A DNA stretch of 64,000 nucleotides from an uncultured Thermoleophilia bacterium (GCA_963771025.1 CAVYRL010000003.1:354267-418266); one strand, 5' to 3'. Shown: positions 9,852 to 18,912, counted from the first letter of the stretch. Notes: a model not told the origin generated them from the sequence alone. Made by a program: numbers and translations.

Positions 9852-10323
9852 CGATCAGCACGACGTAGCCGATCGCGTAGGCCCCGGTGAGGCCGTACAC
9901 CACCCCGCGCGATACCGAGCGGACCGTGAAGTCGCTGGTCGCGAGGAAGGCCAGCTTGACCAGATCGCCCGCCAGCATCAGCCCGGCGAACGCCAGCAGG
10001 AAGCCCCCGATGCCGGGATCGCGGGCGAGGGCGACGGTCATCGCCCAGTGACCGACGTTCATCGCGAGGATGAACACGACGCCCACCACCTCACGATCGG
10101 CCACGCGATCGGCGATGGCGGCCACCAGACCGAGCGAGAGCACCGCGAGGATGATCGTTCCGGCGAGGCGTACCCCGGAGGCACCGTCGGCCGGCTCGTC
10201 CAGGGCCGTCATCAGCGCTGCGATGCCGACGCCGATGCCGACGACCTTCAACGCCGTCTCGAGCCACGCCAGGGCCGGCCACTCGCCGACGTGCCAGGAA
10301 CGGGGTGGCGAGGCCTCGCTCAG
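9832..10323 (-). CDS. Integral membrane protein (about 5 TM)
   Basis: Hydrophobic C-terminal part of the long ORF. Start uncertain; CTG at 10323 overlaps the upstream stop. Confidence 0.65.
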   Translation of the reverse strand: MSEASPPRSWHVGEWPALAWLETALKVVGIGVGIAALMTALDEPADGASGVRLAGTIILAVLSLGLVAAIADRVADREVVGVVFILAMNVGHWAMTVALARDPGIGGFLLAFAGLMLAGDLVKLAFLATSDFTVRSVSRGVVYGLTGAYAIGYVVLIVIAAAI

Positions 10324-11141
10324 GGGGCCGTGCACGCGATCGGACCGCCGATGGGGATCACGTGGCGCACCCCCGATGTGAAGCCGGCGTCGCGGCTCAC
10401 CTCGACCGTGCTCGCGGCGCCGGCCGCGGTCGTCACGCGGTAGCGAGCCGTGTTGACGGGCGTGACGCGGGTCTCTACGCCGCTGCCGCAGTCGATGGCG
10501 ACCGCCTCGCGGATCAGGGCGAGATCGGCGGCCCGCGCGGCGGCGGTGATGCGCGCCTGCGGCGGCTGGGCGACGCCGGGGCCGAGCATGGCCAGCACGG
10601 CGACGACGGCCACGACGAGCAGACCGACCAGCACGAGGGTCCGGGCGAAGACGCCGGCGCGGCGTGACCGGCGCCAGGGAGCCCCGCCGGCGGGCAGTGG
10701 ATCGACGAAGCGGCCGCGCCGCGCCGGGGGCAGCAGGGCGACGATCGGCGCGGCGATCAGGGCGATGGCGACCCCGGCCTGGGACGCCTCCAGGCTCGCG
10801 AGGCTGAAGATCCGCAGCGGCAGCAGCAGCAGCGTCCAGGCCAGGCCCGCCCCGAGGACGGCCAGCCCCCGGCGCACACGCCCCCACGCCATCCAGGTGC
10901 GCCAGGCCCTCTGCCAGGGCGGCAGCGCGAGGTAGGCGTCCACGCGCCGGCGGCGCCAGAGTGCCATGGCGGTCTCGCCCACCGGGCGTCCCGCCGGCCC
11001 GAGCAGGGGCTCGAGTTGCTCCACCACCTCCGCCTCCAGCGCCTCTTGGCGCCGAAGCTGCGCCGCGGTGCGCTCGCGCTCCACGCGCTCACGCCGAGCG
11101 GCGGCGACCCCGGGGAGTCCGCGCGCGGCGCGGGAGCTCAT
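10320..11141 (-). CDS. Hypothetical membrane protein
   Basis: Starts 1 nt after the LOG stop; coiled N-terminus and three hydrophobic segments. Confidence 0.6.
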   Translation of the reverse strand: MSSRAARGLPGVAAARRERVERERTAAQLRRQEALEAEVVEQLEPLLGPAGRPVGETAMALWRRRRVDAYLALPPWQRAWRTWMAWGRVRRGLAVLGAGLAWTLLLLPLRIFSLASLEASQAGVAIALIAAPIVALLPPARRGRFVDPLPAGGAPWRRSRRAGVFARTLVLVGLLVVAVVAVLAMLGPGVAQPPQARITAAARAADLALIREAVAIDCGSGVETRVTPVNTARYRVTTAAGAASTVEVSRDAGFTSGVRHVIPIGGPIACTAP

Positions 11142-11142
11142 G

Positions 11143-11874
11143 TCACCGCGTCCGAGGGGTCGGGCCCAGCGCGAGCTCCACGATCTCCTGCGCGCTGTCG
11201 GAGATCTGGATCAGGTCCATGTCCCCCCGGCTGATGAGGCCCTCCTCCAGCAGCCGCGCCTGGATCCACCGGACGAGACCCGCCCAGTAGGAGCCTCCGC
11301 AGAGCACGACGGGGAAGCTCAGGGCCTTGCCGGTCTGGATCAGAGTGAGCGACTCGAACAGCTCGTCGAGCGTCCCGAAGCCGCCCGGGAACACGATGTA
11401 GGCCTCGGAGTACTTGACGAACATCGTCTTGCGCACGAAGAAGTAGCGGAAGGCGATCGCGAGGTTGACGTACTCGTTGATCGCCTGCTCGTGCGGCAGC
11501 TCGATGGTGCACCCGACCGACATGCCGCCGGCCTCGCTGGCGCCCCGGTTGGCCGCCTCCATGATGCCGGGGCCGCCGCCCGTGATCACGGCGTAGTCGC
11601 GCTCCACCAGCAGCTTCGCGACCTCACGGGCGAGGTCGTAGTGGGGCGTGTCGGCCGGCGTGCGCGCCGAGCCGAAGATGGAGACGGCCGGCCCGACGCG
11701 CGCGAGAGCGTCGAATCCGTCCACGAACTCGCCGAGGATCCGGAGCGCGCGCCAGGGCTCGCTGTGGAGGAACTCAGAACTCTCGGGGCGGGTGAGCAGG
11801 CTCGCGTCGGCGTGCCCGATCGCCGCCTCGCCGGGGCCCCGGGCGGCCAGCCGTCCGCTGCGGGCGAGCCTCAC
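11143..11874 (-). CDS. LOG family (TIGR00730-type) nucleotide phosphoribohydrolase
   Basis: SIFGSAR, TGGGPGIMEAANRGA, FRYFFVRK.MF and PGGFGTLDELFE motifs; GTGA overlap with the upstream gene. Confidence 0.9.
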   Translation of the reverse strand: MRLARSGRLAARGPGEAAIGHADASLLTRPESSEFLHSEPWRALRILGEFVDGFDALARVGPAVSIFGSARTPADTPHYDLAREVAKLLVERDYAVITGGGPGIMEAANRGASEAGGMSVGCTIELPHEQAINEYVNLAIAFRYFFVRKTMFVKYSEAYIVFPGGFGTLDELFESLTLIQTGKALSFPVVLCGGSYWAGLVRWIQARLLEEGLISRGDMDLIQISDSAQEIVELALGPTPRTR

Positions 11875-12398
11875 GAGGGAACCGCGTCGACGCGGCGCAC
11901 GACGTCGTCGAGCGGGAGGCGCCGGGCGCGGGCGCTCCACTGCTCGGGAGTCCGCCGCGCCGGATCGCGCGGCGTCGCAGGCGCCCCGAACGAGAGCACC
12001 ACCACGGCGCGGTCCGGATCGGAGATGCCCGTCGCGCGGTGCAGGGCGTCGGCGTCGGCGACCCCGTTGGGGCAGCAGGCGACGCCGTCGGCCCAGGCGC
12101 TCAGCATCATGCTCTGGGCGGCGCGACCGGCGTCGAAATCGACCAGGCCGCCGCCGGGGCTCACGGTCAGGACCACCACCAGCCCCGCCGTCAGGACGTT
12201 GTCGGCGCGGTACACGGCGCGGGCGACCGCGGGGACGGCATCGCCCTCGACGACGATGAAGCGTGTGGGCTGGCGGTTGCGCGCGCTTCCCACGAGCCGG
12301 CCGGCGTCGAGAATCCGACGGGCCACCTCGTCGGGGACCGGCGCACCATCGTATGACCGCGCGTCGCGCATGCTGGCCACGGTGAGGTGCGCGTCCAC
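11871..12398 (-). CDS. Nitroreductase family protein
   Basis: R..RSY, RILDAGR..GSARNRQP and FDAGRAAQSMML.AW..GV motifs. Confidence 0.85.
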   Translation of the reverse strand: MDAHLTVASMRDARSYDGAPVPDEVARRILDAGRLVGSARNRQPTRFIVVEGDAVPAVARAVYRADNVLTAGLVVVLTVSPGGGLVDFDAGRAAQSMMLSAWADGVACCPNGVADADALHRATGISDPDRAVVVLSFGAPATPRDPARRTPEQWSARARRLPLDDVVRRVDAVPS

Positions 12399-12407
12399 GA
12401 CCTCAGA

Positions 12408-12875
12408 CTAGACGACGCCTCCGGGATCCGGCCGTCGGGTGTGCGACACGCAGAAGGGCGTGCCCCAGATGGGCTCGCGCGCGCACGGCTTGCCCTTGCG
12501 GTTGAGGGCGGCGCAGCGCGGGGTGCTACCGGCGATGCCCGAGGCGCCGCGCTCGGCCTCGAAGAAGGCCCGGGCGCGCGAGACGTGCGCGTCGATCACG
12601 AGCGAGGCGCGCAGCTGATCCTGGGCGCGCAGCAGGGAGCGGGCGGTGGAGAACAGCGACCGCGCGACCATCGGCTCCGAGCGGGGATCGGCCGCCACCC
12701 GGGAAATCCCCGAGTCGCACACCTCGAGCAGGTAGCGCTCCGCCCATCCGGGACGGCGGGGGTCCGGCGCGAGCGACGGTACCAGCGCCTTCCAGAGGGA
12801 GCGCGTGTAGCGGCGGATGGCCACGGCGCGGCTCGGTGCGGTGTCCGGAAGCGCGGTGGGGAGCTCATTGATCAT
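12408..12875 (-). CDS. Helical hypothetical protein with C-terminal Cys3His zinc-finger-like motif
   Basis: C-terminal CAALNRKGKPCAREPIWGTPFCVSH; ATG at 12875 lies 7 nt after a candidate -10 box. Confidence 0.65.
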   Translation of the reverse strand: MINELPTALPDTAPSRAVAIRRYTRSLWKALVPSLAPDPRRPGWAERYLLEVCDSGISRVAADPRSEPMVARSLFSTARSLLRAQDQLRASLVIDAHVSRARAFFEAERGASGIAGSTPRCAALNRKGKPCAREPIWGTPFCVSHTRRPDPGGVV

Positions 12876-12882
12876 CGCGGTT

Positions 12883-12911
12883 AGTAGACCACCATCTGGA
12901 TCGGCTGTCAA
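12883..12911 (-). promoter_or_regulatory. Candidate sigma-A promoter (TTGACA-17 bp-TCTACT), probably near-leaderless
   Basis: Perfect TTGACA at 12911-12906, 17-bp spacer, TCTACT at 12888-12883, ATG 7 nt downstream. Confidence 0.55.
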
Positions 12912-13019
12912 GGTTTTGTCGAGGGTGTACGGAAGTGCACAAGACCTTGTCTCTGCACATTGCAACACGATGTCCGGACAATCTGGACAACATGTTCAGA
13001 CTATGCGCATCATGTGTCC

Positions 13020-13901
13020 GTGTCTGCCGCCGCCTCAACCTCCGGCCTGATGCGCATCGGCGAGCTGAGCCGGCGCCACGGCGTGAGTCCCGACCTCCTA
13101 CGGGTGTGGGAGCGTCGCTACGGCCTGCTCCAGCCCGAGCGCACCGACGGCGGCTTCCGCCTCTATACGTCGCGCGACGACGAGCGCGTCCGGGTGATGC
13201 GCCACAACCTGGGGCTCGGGTATACGGCGGCGGTGGCCGCCCGCATCGCCCTGAGCGCCCCGGCCCCGGTGGATCGGCCCGATACGGACAACGCCCTCGA
13301 GGCCGCCCGCGCGGAGCTCGGCGAGCAGCTGGAGAACTTCCAGGACGCCGAGGCGCAGAAGGTCCTCGATCGCATCTTCTCGATGTTCAGCACCGAAGCC
13401 GTGCTGCGCGACGTGGTGATCCCGTATCTCCACGATCTGGGCGAGCGTTGGGCGACGGGCGAGGTCTCGGTGGCCCAGGAGCACTTTGCGAGCGCGGTGC
13501 TGCGCGGGCGCCTGATGGGCCTGGCCCGCAGCTTCGACGTCGGCGTCGGCCCTCGGGCGGTGCTGGCGGGCCCCCCGGGCGAGCGCCACGACCTGGGCCT
13601 GCTGTGCTTCGGCATCGGCCTGCGCGAGAGGGGCTGGCGCGTCACCTTCCTGGGTGGCGACACCCCCATCGGGGCGGTGCAAGGAGCGGCCGCCCGCCTG
13701 CTGCCCGCGCTCGTCGTGCTCTGCGCCGAGCAGGAACCACCCCTGCGGGACGCGCTGCCCGAGATCAGCGTGCTCGCGTCGCAGCACCCCGTGGCCCTGG
13801 CGGGCCGGGCCGCCTCGGCGGAGATGGCGCGCGCGACCGGGGCGCGCCTGCTCCAGGACGCTCCGATGGCCGCGGCAGCGCGCATCGCCTCGGGGGGCTG
13901 A
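13020..13901 (+). CDS. carH: CarH/LitR-type MerR regulator with cobalamin-binding photosensor domain
   Basis: MerR HTH (RIGELSRR..V...LLRVWERRYGLL.PERTDGGFRLY), W-x9-EH (WATGEVSVAQEH) and ExH (GERHDLG) motifs. Start GTG 13020 or ATG 13050. Confidence 0.85.
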   Translation: MSAAASTSGLMRIGELSRRHGVSPDLLRVWERRYGLLQPERTDGGFRLYTSRDDERVRVMRHNLGLGYTAAVAARIALSAPAPVDRPDTDNALEAARAELGEQLENFQDAEAQKVLDRIFSMFSTEAVLRDVVIPYLHDLGERWATGEVSVAQEHFASAVLRGRLMGLARSFDVGVGPRAVLAGPPGERHDLGLLCFGIGLRERGWRVTFLGGDTPIGAVQGAAARLLPALVVLCAEQEPPLRDALPEISVLASQHPVALAGRAASAEMARATGARLLQDAPMAAAARIASGG

Positions 13902-13910
13902 CGCGACCGA

Positions 13911-15389
13911 TCACTCTGCCTGGGAGACCACCCTCAGGGGGGGCCGGGGTGCCGTCGTCTGCCACGAGTCGAGCCGGTTGAGGCCGTCGAGGGCCGCCGT
14001 CTTGTAGCACTCGGCCAGCGTGGGGTAGTTGAACACCGCGTCGACGAAGTGCTCGACCGTGCCGCCGTAGGTCATCACGGCCTGGCCGATGTGGATCAGC
14101 TCACTCGCGCCCTCGCCGATGATGTGGACGCCCAGCAGCTCGTGGGTGTCCCAGTGGAAGATCAGCTTCAGCAGGCCGGTGCGGTCGCCGATGATCTGGC
14201 CGCGGGCGATCTCGTTGTACTGGGCCTTGCCGACCTCGTAGGGCACGCCGTCGCGCGTGAGCTCCTCCTCGTTGCGCCCGACGGTCGAGATCTCGGGGAT
14301 CGTGTAGATCGCGTACGGCACCAACGAGGGCACGCTGCGCGCCGCGATGCCGAACGCGTGGCAGGCCGCCAGGCGGCCCTGCTCGAGCGAGGTCGAGGCC
14401 AGGCTCGGAAAGCCGATCACGTCGCCGACCGCGTACACGTGCGGCACCTCGGTGCGGTAGTGATCGTCCACCGTCAGCCGGCCCCGGTCGTCGGCGGTGA
14501 TGCCCGCCGCCGACAGGTTGAGGCTGCCCGTCGCGCCGGTGCGGCCGATCGAGTAGAAGGCCTTCTCGGCGACGATGTGCTTGCCGCTCGCCAGGTGCAC
14601 CCGCACCGCCCCGTCGTGGCCCTCGTCCACGTCGAGCGCGCTGACCTCCTCGCCCAGCCACAGGGTCATGCGGCCGCGCCGCATGTGGAAGGCGAGCGCG
14701 TCCATGATCTCGGAGTCCATGTACGACAGCAGGCGCGGTCGTTTGTCGACGAGCGTCACCCGCACGCCCAGCGCGGAGAACATGCTGGCGTACTCGAGGC
14801 CGATCACCCCGGCGCCGATCACGACGAGCGTGCGCGGCAGACGGTCGAGGCTCACCGCGTCGTCGCTCGTGAGGATGCGCCGGCCGTCGAACGTGACGCT
14901 CTCGTCGCGCGTGGCCGTGGTGCCGGTGGCCAGAACGATGTTCGCCCCGCTGATGGTCTGCCGGCCGTGGCCGTCGGGGTCCTCGATCTCGATGGTGTGC
15001 GGATCGACGAAGGCCCCGTGGCCGTTGAAGATGTCGATGTCGTTGCGCAGCAGCTGATGCCGCACGACGTCGGTCTCGTTGCGGACCACCTGATCGGCCC
15101 GGAAGATCAGATCCTCCATGCCGATGTGCTGCTTGGCGGTGTACGACGATCCGTAGAAGCCGCGGTCGCGGTAGCCCGTCAGGGCCATCGCGGCCTCGCG
15201 CAGGGTCTTGGACGGGATGGTCCCGGTGCGCACGCAGACGCCCCCGACCCCCGTGGTGCGCTCGATCATCGCGACTTTCTTGCCCAGCTTGGCCGACTGT
15301 ATGGCCGCGCGCTGACCACCCGGGCCCGACCCGATCGCGATCAGGTCGTAGTCGAAGGACGCCCCGTTCATGGAGATTCGATCGGCCAT
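13911..15389 (-). CDS. sthA: Soluble pyridine nucleotide transhydrogenase
   Basis: GSGPGGQRAAIQSAKLGK, GGVCVRTGTIPSKTLREA and VFNYPTLAECYKTAALDG motifs. Start may be 15371. Confidence 0.93.
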   Translation of the reverse strand: MADRISMNGASFDYDLIAIGSGPGGQRAAIQSAKLGKKVAMIERTTGVGGVCVRTGTIPSKTLREAAMALTGYRDRGFYGSSYTAKQHIGMEDLIFRADQVVRNETDVVRHQLLRNDIDIFNGHGAFVDPHTIEIEDPDGHGRQTISGANIVLATGTTATRDESVTFDGRRILTSDDAVSLDRLPRTLVVIGAGVIGLEYASMFSALGVRVTLVDKRPRLLSYMDSEIMDALAFHMRRGRMTLWLGEEVSALDVDEGHDGAVRVHLASGKHIVAEKAFYSIGRTGATGSLNLSAAGITADDRGRLTVDDHYRTEVPHVYAVGDVIGFPSLASTSLEQGRLAACHAFGIAARSVPSLVPYAIYTIPEISTVGRNEEELTRDGVPYEVGKAQYNEIARGQIIGDRTGLLKLIFHWDTHELLGVHIIGEGASELIHIGQAVMTYGGTVEHFVDAVFNYPTLAECYKTAALDGLNRLDSWQTTAPRPPLRVVSQAE

Positions 15390-15481
15390 CGCCGGGGCGA
15401 TCGTAGTGCCGGGGTCATACGGCGAACAGTGTCCCCGGGGCCAAGCAGCACCCCGTCACTCTGGACCGGCGTCCAGGCGGC

Positions 15482-16369
15482 TCAGCCGCCGCAGGTCTCG
15501 TTGCGCAGGCGGTCGATGAAGCGGATCAGCGTCTCGCCGACCGTGTCCAGGCTCGCGGCCGAGACCTTGTCGAGCCTGTCGGCGCGGCTGTGGAAGTAGG
15601 GGTAGTCCCAATCGATCAGGTCGATCGACGGCACCCCGGCCCGCTGGAACGGCGTGTGATCGTCGTAGATCAGCGGCCCGGTGGTGCCGGGGAACGTCGC
15701 GCCCGTACCGACCTGGCGTGCCGAGGCGCGCAGCTGACGCCAGAGCCCCGCGTCAGACGACGCCTCCCGCGGCAGGCGCAGCGAGCGATCGGCCACGAAG
15801 TCGACCAGCACCATGGCGCGCAGGTCAGCGGCGTGGCGGGCGGCGTGGATGCGGCTGCCGCGCAACCCGTCGGCCAGGAAATCGGACGACCCCGGCGGGC
15901 TCTCCTCGCCGTCGAACAGCACGAACCGCACCTGCCGCTGGCAGGCGCGCCGGCCCTTGGCGAGGTCGCGCGAGAGCTGCACCACCATGGCCGCCCCGCC
16001 GGCGCCGTCGTTGGCTCCGACGAATCCGGGGATGTCCTTGGTGTCGTAGTGGGCGCCGATGAGGATCGGCTTCCCGGTGCCGGGCAGCCGGCCGGTCACG
16101 TTGCGCAGGCCCCCGGGGACCCCCTCGTACCTGCCGCGGGGCAGTTCGGCGCGCAGTCGCGCCGCGAGGCGCCTCGACGCCCTCGAGCCAGCCGGCCGGG
16201 GACCCATCTCCACCTGGGCCCGCAGCTCGGCGAAGGCGCGGTCGGCGTCGAACCGGTCGACCGAGGGCGCGCTCGGGGCCGCCGTCGCGCCGCCCCCGCA
16301 GGCGGCGAGCGGCATCGCGGAAACCACCGAGAGCAGGGCGATCAGACAGGGACGCAGGTGTCGACGCAC
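15482..16369 (-). CDS. M28 family zinc peptidase, lipoprotein
   Basis: LAAC lipobox; GAHYDT, GANDG, FDGEE, D and DDH Zn-site motifs. Start approximate. Confidence 0.85.
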   Translation of the reverse strand: MRRHLRPCLIALLSVVSAMPLAACGGGATAAPSAPSVDRFDADRAFAELRAQVEMGPRPAGSRASRRLAARLRAELPRGRYEGVPGGLRNVTGRLPGTGKPILIGAHYDTKDIPGFVGANDGAGGAAMVVQLSRDLAKGRRACQRQVRFVLFDGEESPPGSSDFLADGLRGSRIHAARHAADLRAMVLVDFVADRSLRLPREASSDAGLWRQLRASARQVGTGATFPGTTGPLIYDDHTPFQRAGVPSIDLIDWDYPYFHSRADRLDKVSAASLDTVGETLIRFIDRLRNETCGG

Positions 16370-16454
16370 GCCATGGAGAATCTCACGACATGGCCCCACG
16401 AGCCCCGGGGGGTGTCCCTTACCCCCCAAGTGCTGGTAGCGTCGTCCTTCGACG

Positions 16455-16478
16455 GCGACCTCGTGTGGGTCGCTTTTT
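16455..16478 (+). terminator. Intrinsic terminator in the leader of the NlpC/P60 gene
   Basis: Stem GCGACC/GGTCGC with a 7-nt loop, then TTTTT, about 30 nt before the likely start. Confidence 0.55.
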
Positions 16479-16506
16479 CCTTGTCCCCGCACCGGAGATT
16501 TTCCTT

Positions 16507-17679
16507 CTGAGGCTCCCTCACGTCACCCGGTCCATCGGCGCCCTCGCGATTTTCACCCTCGCTCTCGTCGGCTTCGGAAGCTCCATCGCCACCTCCGAAC
16601 CGGCGTCCATCTCGCAGAAGCGCGCGCAGGTGCAGCGGATCCAGGCGGAGCTCGACGGGATCGACCAGCAGGTCGAGGCCGCGGCCGAGGAGTACAACGG
16701 GGCCCAGTACCAACTGGGGAAGGTGAAGGAGCGGATCGGCGAGAACCGCCAGCAGATCACGACCACCGTGGCGGCACTGAAGGCGAAGCGGGTCGTGCTG
16801 GCTCAGCGTCTGCGCGACATCTACGCCACCCCCGAGCCCTCGCTCGCCGAGGTGCTGATCACGAGCGGCAGCATCACGGCCGCCGCCGATCAGGTGGACC
16901 TGCTGGACCGTGTGGGACAGCGGGACGCCGACGTTGTCGGTGGCCTGCGCGACAACAAGCAGAAGCTTCAGTCGCTGCGTGCCCAGCTGGTCAAGGACCG
17001 TGCCACCAGTCAGAAGCAGGTGGCCGCCGCCCAGGCCCACAAGGCCTCGGTCGAAGCCCTCATGAGCCAGCGCCAGGCGGTGCTCGAGAGCGCCAAGGGA
17101 GACCTCGGCCGCATGCTGGCCGCGCAGCAGGCCCGCGAGCGGGCCGCCGCCGCGGCCGCCGCGCAGGCCGCACGCCAGCGCGTGGCGGCGACGACGAGCC
17201 CGGGCGCTCCCAGCGCCGCGACGCCGAGCACCCCCGCCGCGACGCCGGCGGCCGACCCGGCCGCCTCTCCGGCCGCGACGCCCGAGGCCGCTCCGGCCGC
17301 GGCGCCTCAGGCCGCTCCGGCCCTCCCCAGCGGCAGCGGCAACGCCGCCGCCGCGAGCGCGGCGATGAGCCAGCTCGGGGTGCCCTACCGGTGGGGCGGC
17401 GCCTCGCCCTCGGGCTTCGACTGCAGCGGACTCGCATCGTGGGCCTACGCCCAGATCGGCAAGAGCGTCCCGCACTACACCGTGGCCGCGTACAACGCCT
17501 TCCCGAAGGTGCCCTCCAGCCAGCTGCAGCCCGGCGATCTCGTGTTCTTCCGCGGCCTCGGCCACATGGGCATCTACATCGGCGGCGGGCAGTACGTGCA
17601 CGCCCCCCAGACCGGCGACGTCGTCAAGGTGAGCAGCGTCGGCGGCCGCGGCGACTACGTGGGCGCCACCCGGCCCTAG
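16507..17679 (+). CDS. Secreted coiled-coil NlpC/P60 peptidoglycan endopeptidase (RipA/CwlO-like)
   Basis: Signal peptide, long coiled coil, PAA linker, YRWGG..PSGFDCSGL and HMGIYIG motifs. Start uncertain (CTG 16507 after GGAG). Confidence 0.9.
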   Translation: MRLPHVTRSIGALAIFTLALVGFGSSIATSEPASISQKRAQVQRIQAELDGIDQQVEAAAEEYNGAQYQLGKVKERIGENRQQITTTVAALKAKRVVLAQRLRDIYATPEPSLAEVLITSGSITAAADQVDLLDRVGQRDADVVGGLRDNKQKLQSLRAQLVKDRATSQKQVAAAQAHKASVEALMSQRQAVLESAKGDLGRMLAAQQARERAAAAAAAQAARQRVAATTSPGAPSAATPSTPAATPAADPAASPAATPEAAPAAAPQAAPALPSGSGNAAAASAAMSQLGVPYRWGGASPSGFDCSGLASWAYAQIGKSVPHYTVAAYNAFPKVPSSQLQPGDLVFFRGLGHMGIYIGGGQYVHAPQTGDVVKVSSVGGRGDYVGATRP

Positions 17680-18209
17680 TCCCCGGCGGGTCGGTTCCTC
17701 AGCCGCTCGGGCGACATGCGCCCGCGCGGTATCGCCGGGCGCCCGGGCGGACCCGGTGACGTGTCGGGATGCCCGAGGGCGATGGCGGTGCGCACCGACC
17801 ATGGGGCGGCCAGACCCGCCAGCGCGGTGGCCGCCGCGATGTTCTCCTCGGGGAAGAGCGTCACGGGGCACGAGCCCAGGCCCAGCGCATGGGCCGCGAG
17901 CATCACGTTCTGTGCCAGACGTCCGGCATCGAACTCGGCATCGGCCCCTCCGCGCTCACGGTCGATGGCGACCAGGACGGCCAGCGGGCAGCCGCGCACG
18001 TGCAGCGCGTATGCGCCGAGGCGGCTGAGGGCCATGAGCCGGCCTGGCGACTCGAGCGTGATCAGGCGCCAGGGCTGGCGGTTGCGCGCCGAACCCGTCC
18101 AGCGGGCCACCTCCAGGATCCGATCGACGTCGCCGGGGTCCACCGCTCGCGCGGTGAACCGCCGGGTCGCGCGCAGTGAGGCAATGGTGCGTAGAAGGTC
18201 GTCATCCAC
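17676..18209 (-). CDS. Nitroreductase family protein
   Basis: R.TRRF, RILEVARWTGSARNRQPW and FDAGRLAQNVMLAAHALGLGSC motifs. Confidence 0.88.
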   Translation of the reverse strand: MDDDLLRTIASLRATRRFTARAVDPGDVDRILEVARWTGSARNRQPWRLITLESPGRLMALSRLGAYALHVRGCPLAVLVAIDRERGGADAEFDAGRLAQNVMLAAHALGLGSCPVTLFPEENIAAATALAGLAAPWSVRTAIALGHPDTSPGPPGRPAIPRGRMSPERLRNRPAGD

Positions 18210-18271
18210 AGGGCGAGCCTGCCATAACGCACCGTGCGGGAGTTTGCGCTGCGCGTGGCGGCCGATGCTGT

Positions 18272-18308
18272 GGGCACGTTCGGTCTGCGTCTGCGGACGT
18301 GCCCTTTT
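18272..18308 (+). terminator. Hairpin plus T4 in the leader of a small secreted protein gene
   Basis: GGGCACGTTCG/CGGACGTGCCC stem followed by TTTT. Confidence 0.45.
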
Positions 18309-18334
18309 CCCGCGCATCGACGAAAGGATGCGAG

Positions 18335-18652
18335 ATGACGACAAGGATGTTGCGCAATGCCATCGTGGCGACCGCCCTGATCGGAGCGATCGCCGCCCCG
18401 AGCGCCATGGCCTGTGGCCACGGCGGCGGTGGATACTCGGGCCCACCGCACTTCGGTGGCAGCTACGCGCACGTCAAGGCCCCGGGCAGCCACACCGAGG
18501 GAGGCAGGCACTTCCACCGCGGCCGGGGCGACTGCAACCCCACGCCGCCCGACGTGACCCCGCCGCCCGACGTGACCCCGCCGGTGGATCCGCCGCCCGC
18601 CGGTGGCCCGCCGCCCGTCGTCGATCCGCCGCCCACGGTTCCCGGGTTCTAG
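18335..18652 (+). CDS. Small secreted Gly/His- and Pro-rich protein
   Basis: GAAAGGA RBS, signal peptide ending PSAMA, PPDVT repeats. Confidence 0.65.
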   Translation: MTTRMLRNAIVATALIGAIAAPSAMACGHGGGGYSGPPHFGGSYAHVKAPGSHTEGGRHFHRGRGDCNPTPPDVTPPPDVTPPVDPPPAGGPPPVVDPPPTVPGF

Positions 18653-18669
18653 CGGCGCGCCGTTCGCCG

Positions 18670-18912
18670 TCAGTCGTACCCGACGACGCTCCAGAAGCGC
18701 GCCTCGAAGGGCTCGGGATCCCGAGCCCTCGAGTCGCGCTCGAAGGAGACCCGCAGATGCCCCTCCGCGGCCAGGCGCTCCAGCACGCCGATGAAGGCCT
18801 CGGGCGCGATGTCCACCTCGTGCGCCCCGACGCGTTCGTAGAGCGCCGCCTCGCGCACCGGCTCACCCGAGTCGCGCAGCACCGTGAGCGTGACCTCGTC
18901 GATCCGGCTCAT
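18670..18912 (-). CDS. Small hypothetical protein (winged-helix-like)
   Basis: ATGA-coupled to the upstream gene; helix-helix-helix-strand pattern. Confidence 0.55.
   Translation of the reverse strand: MSRIDEVTLTVLRDSGEPVREAALYERVGAHEVDIAPEAFIGVLERLAAEGHLRVSFERDSRARDPEPFEARFWSVVGYD

Noticed and set aside
11871-12398. Nitroreductase as BluB (B12 lower-ligand synthase), given the adjacent B12 sensor
   Set aside because: Short generic nitroreductase with no BluB-specific features recognised.
16380-16500. c-di-AMP (ydaO) riboswitch expected before NlpC/P60
   Set aside because: The GCTGAATCC...GGAACC consensus is not visible; reported only as an unassigned attenuator.
18195-18270. c-di-GMP-I riboswitch-like fragments on the minus strand (GCGCAAA...ATGGCAGGCTCGCC)
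   Set aside because: The 5' GGCAAA element and GNRA-capped P2 are missing, so the match is only partial.
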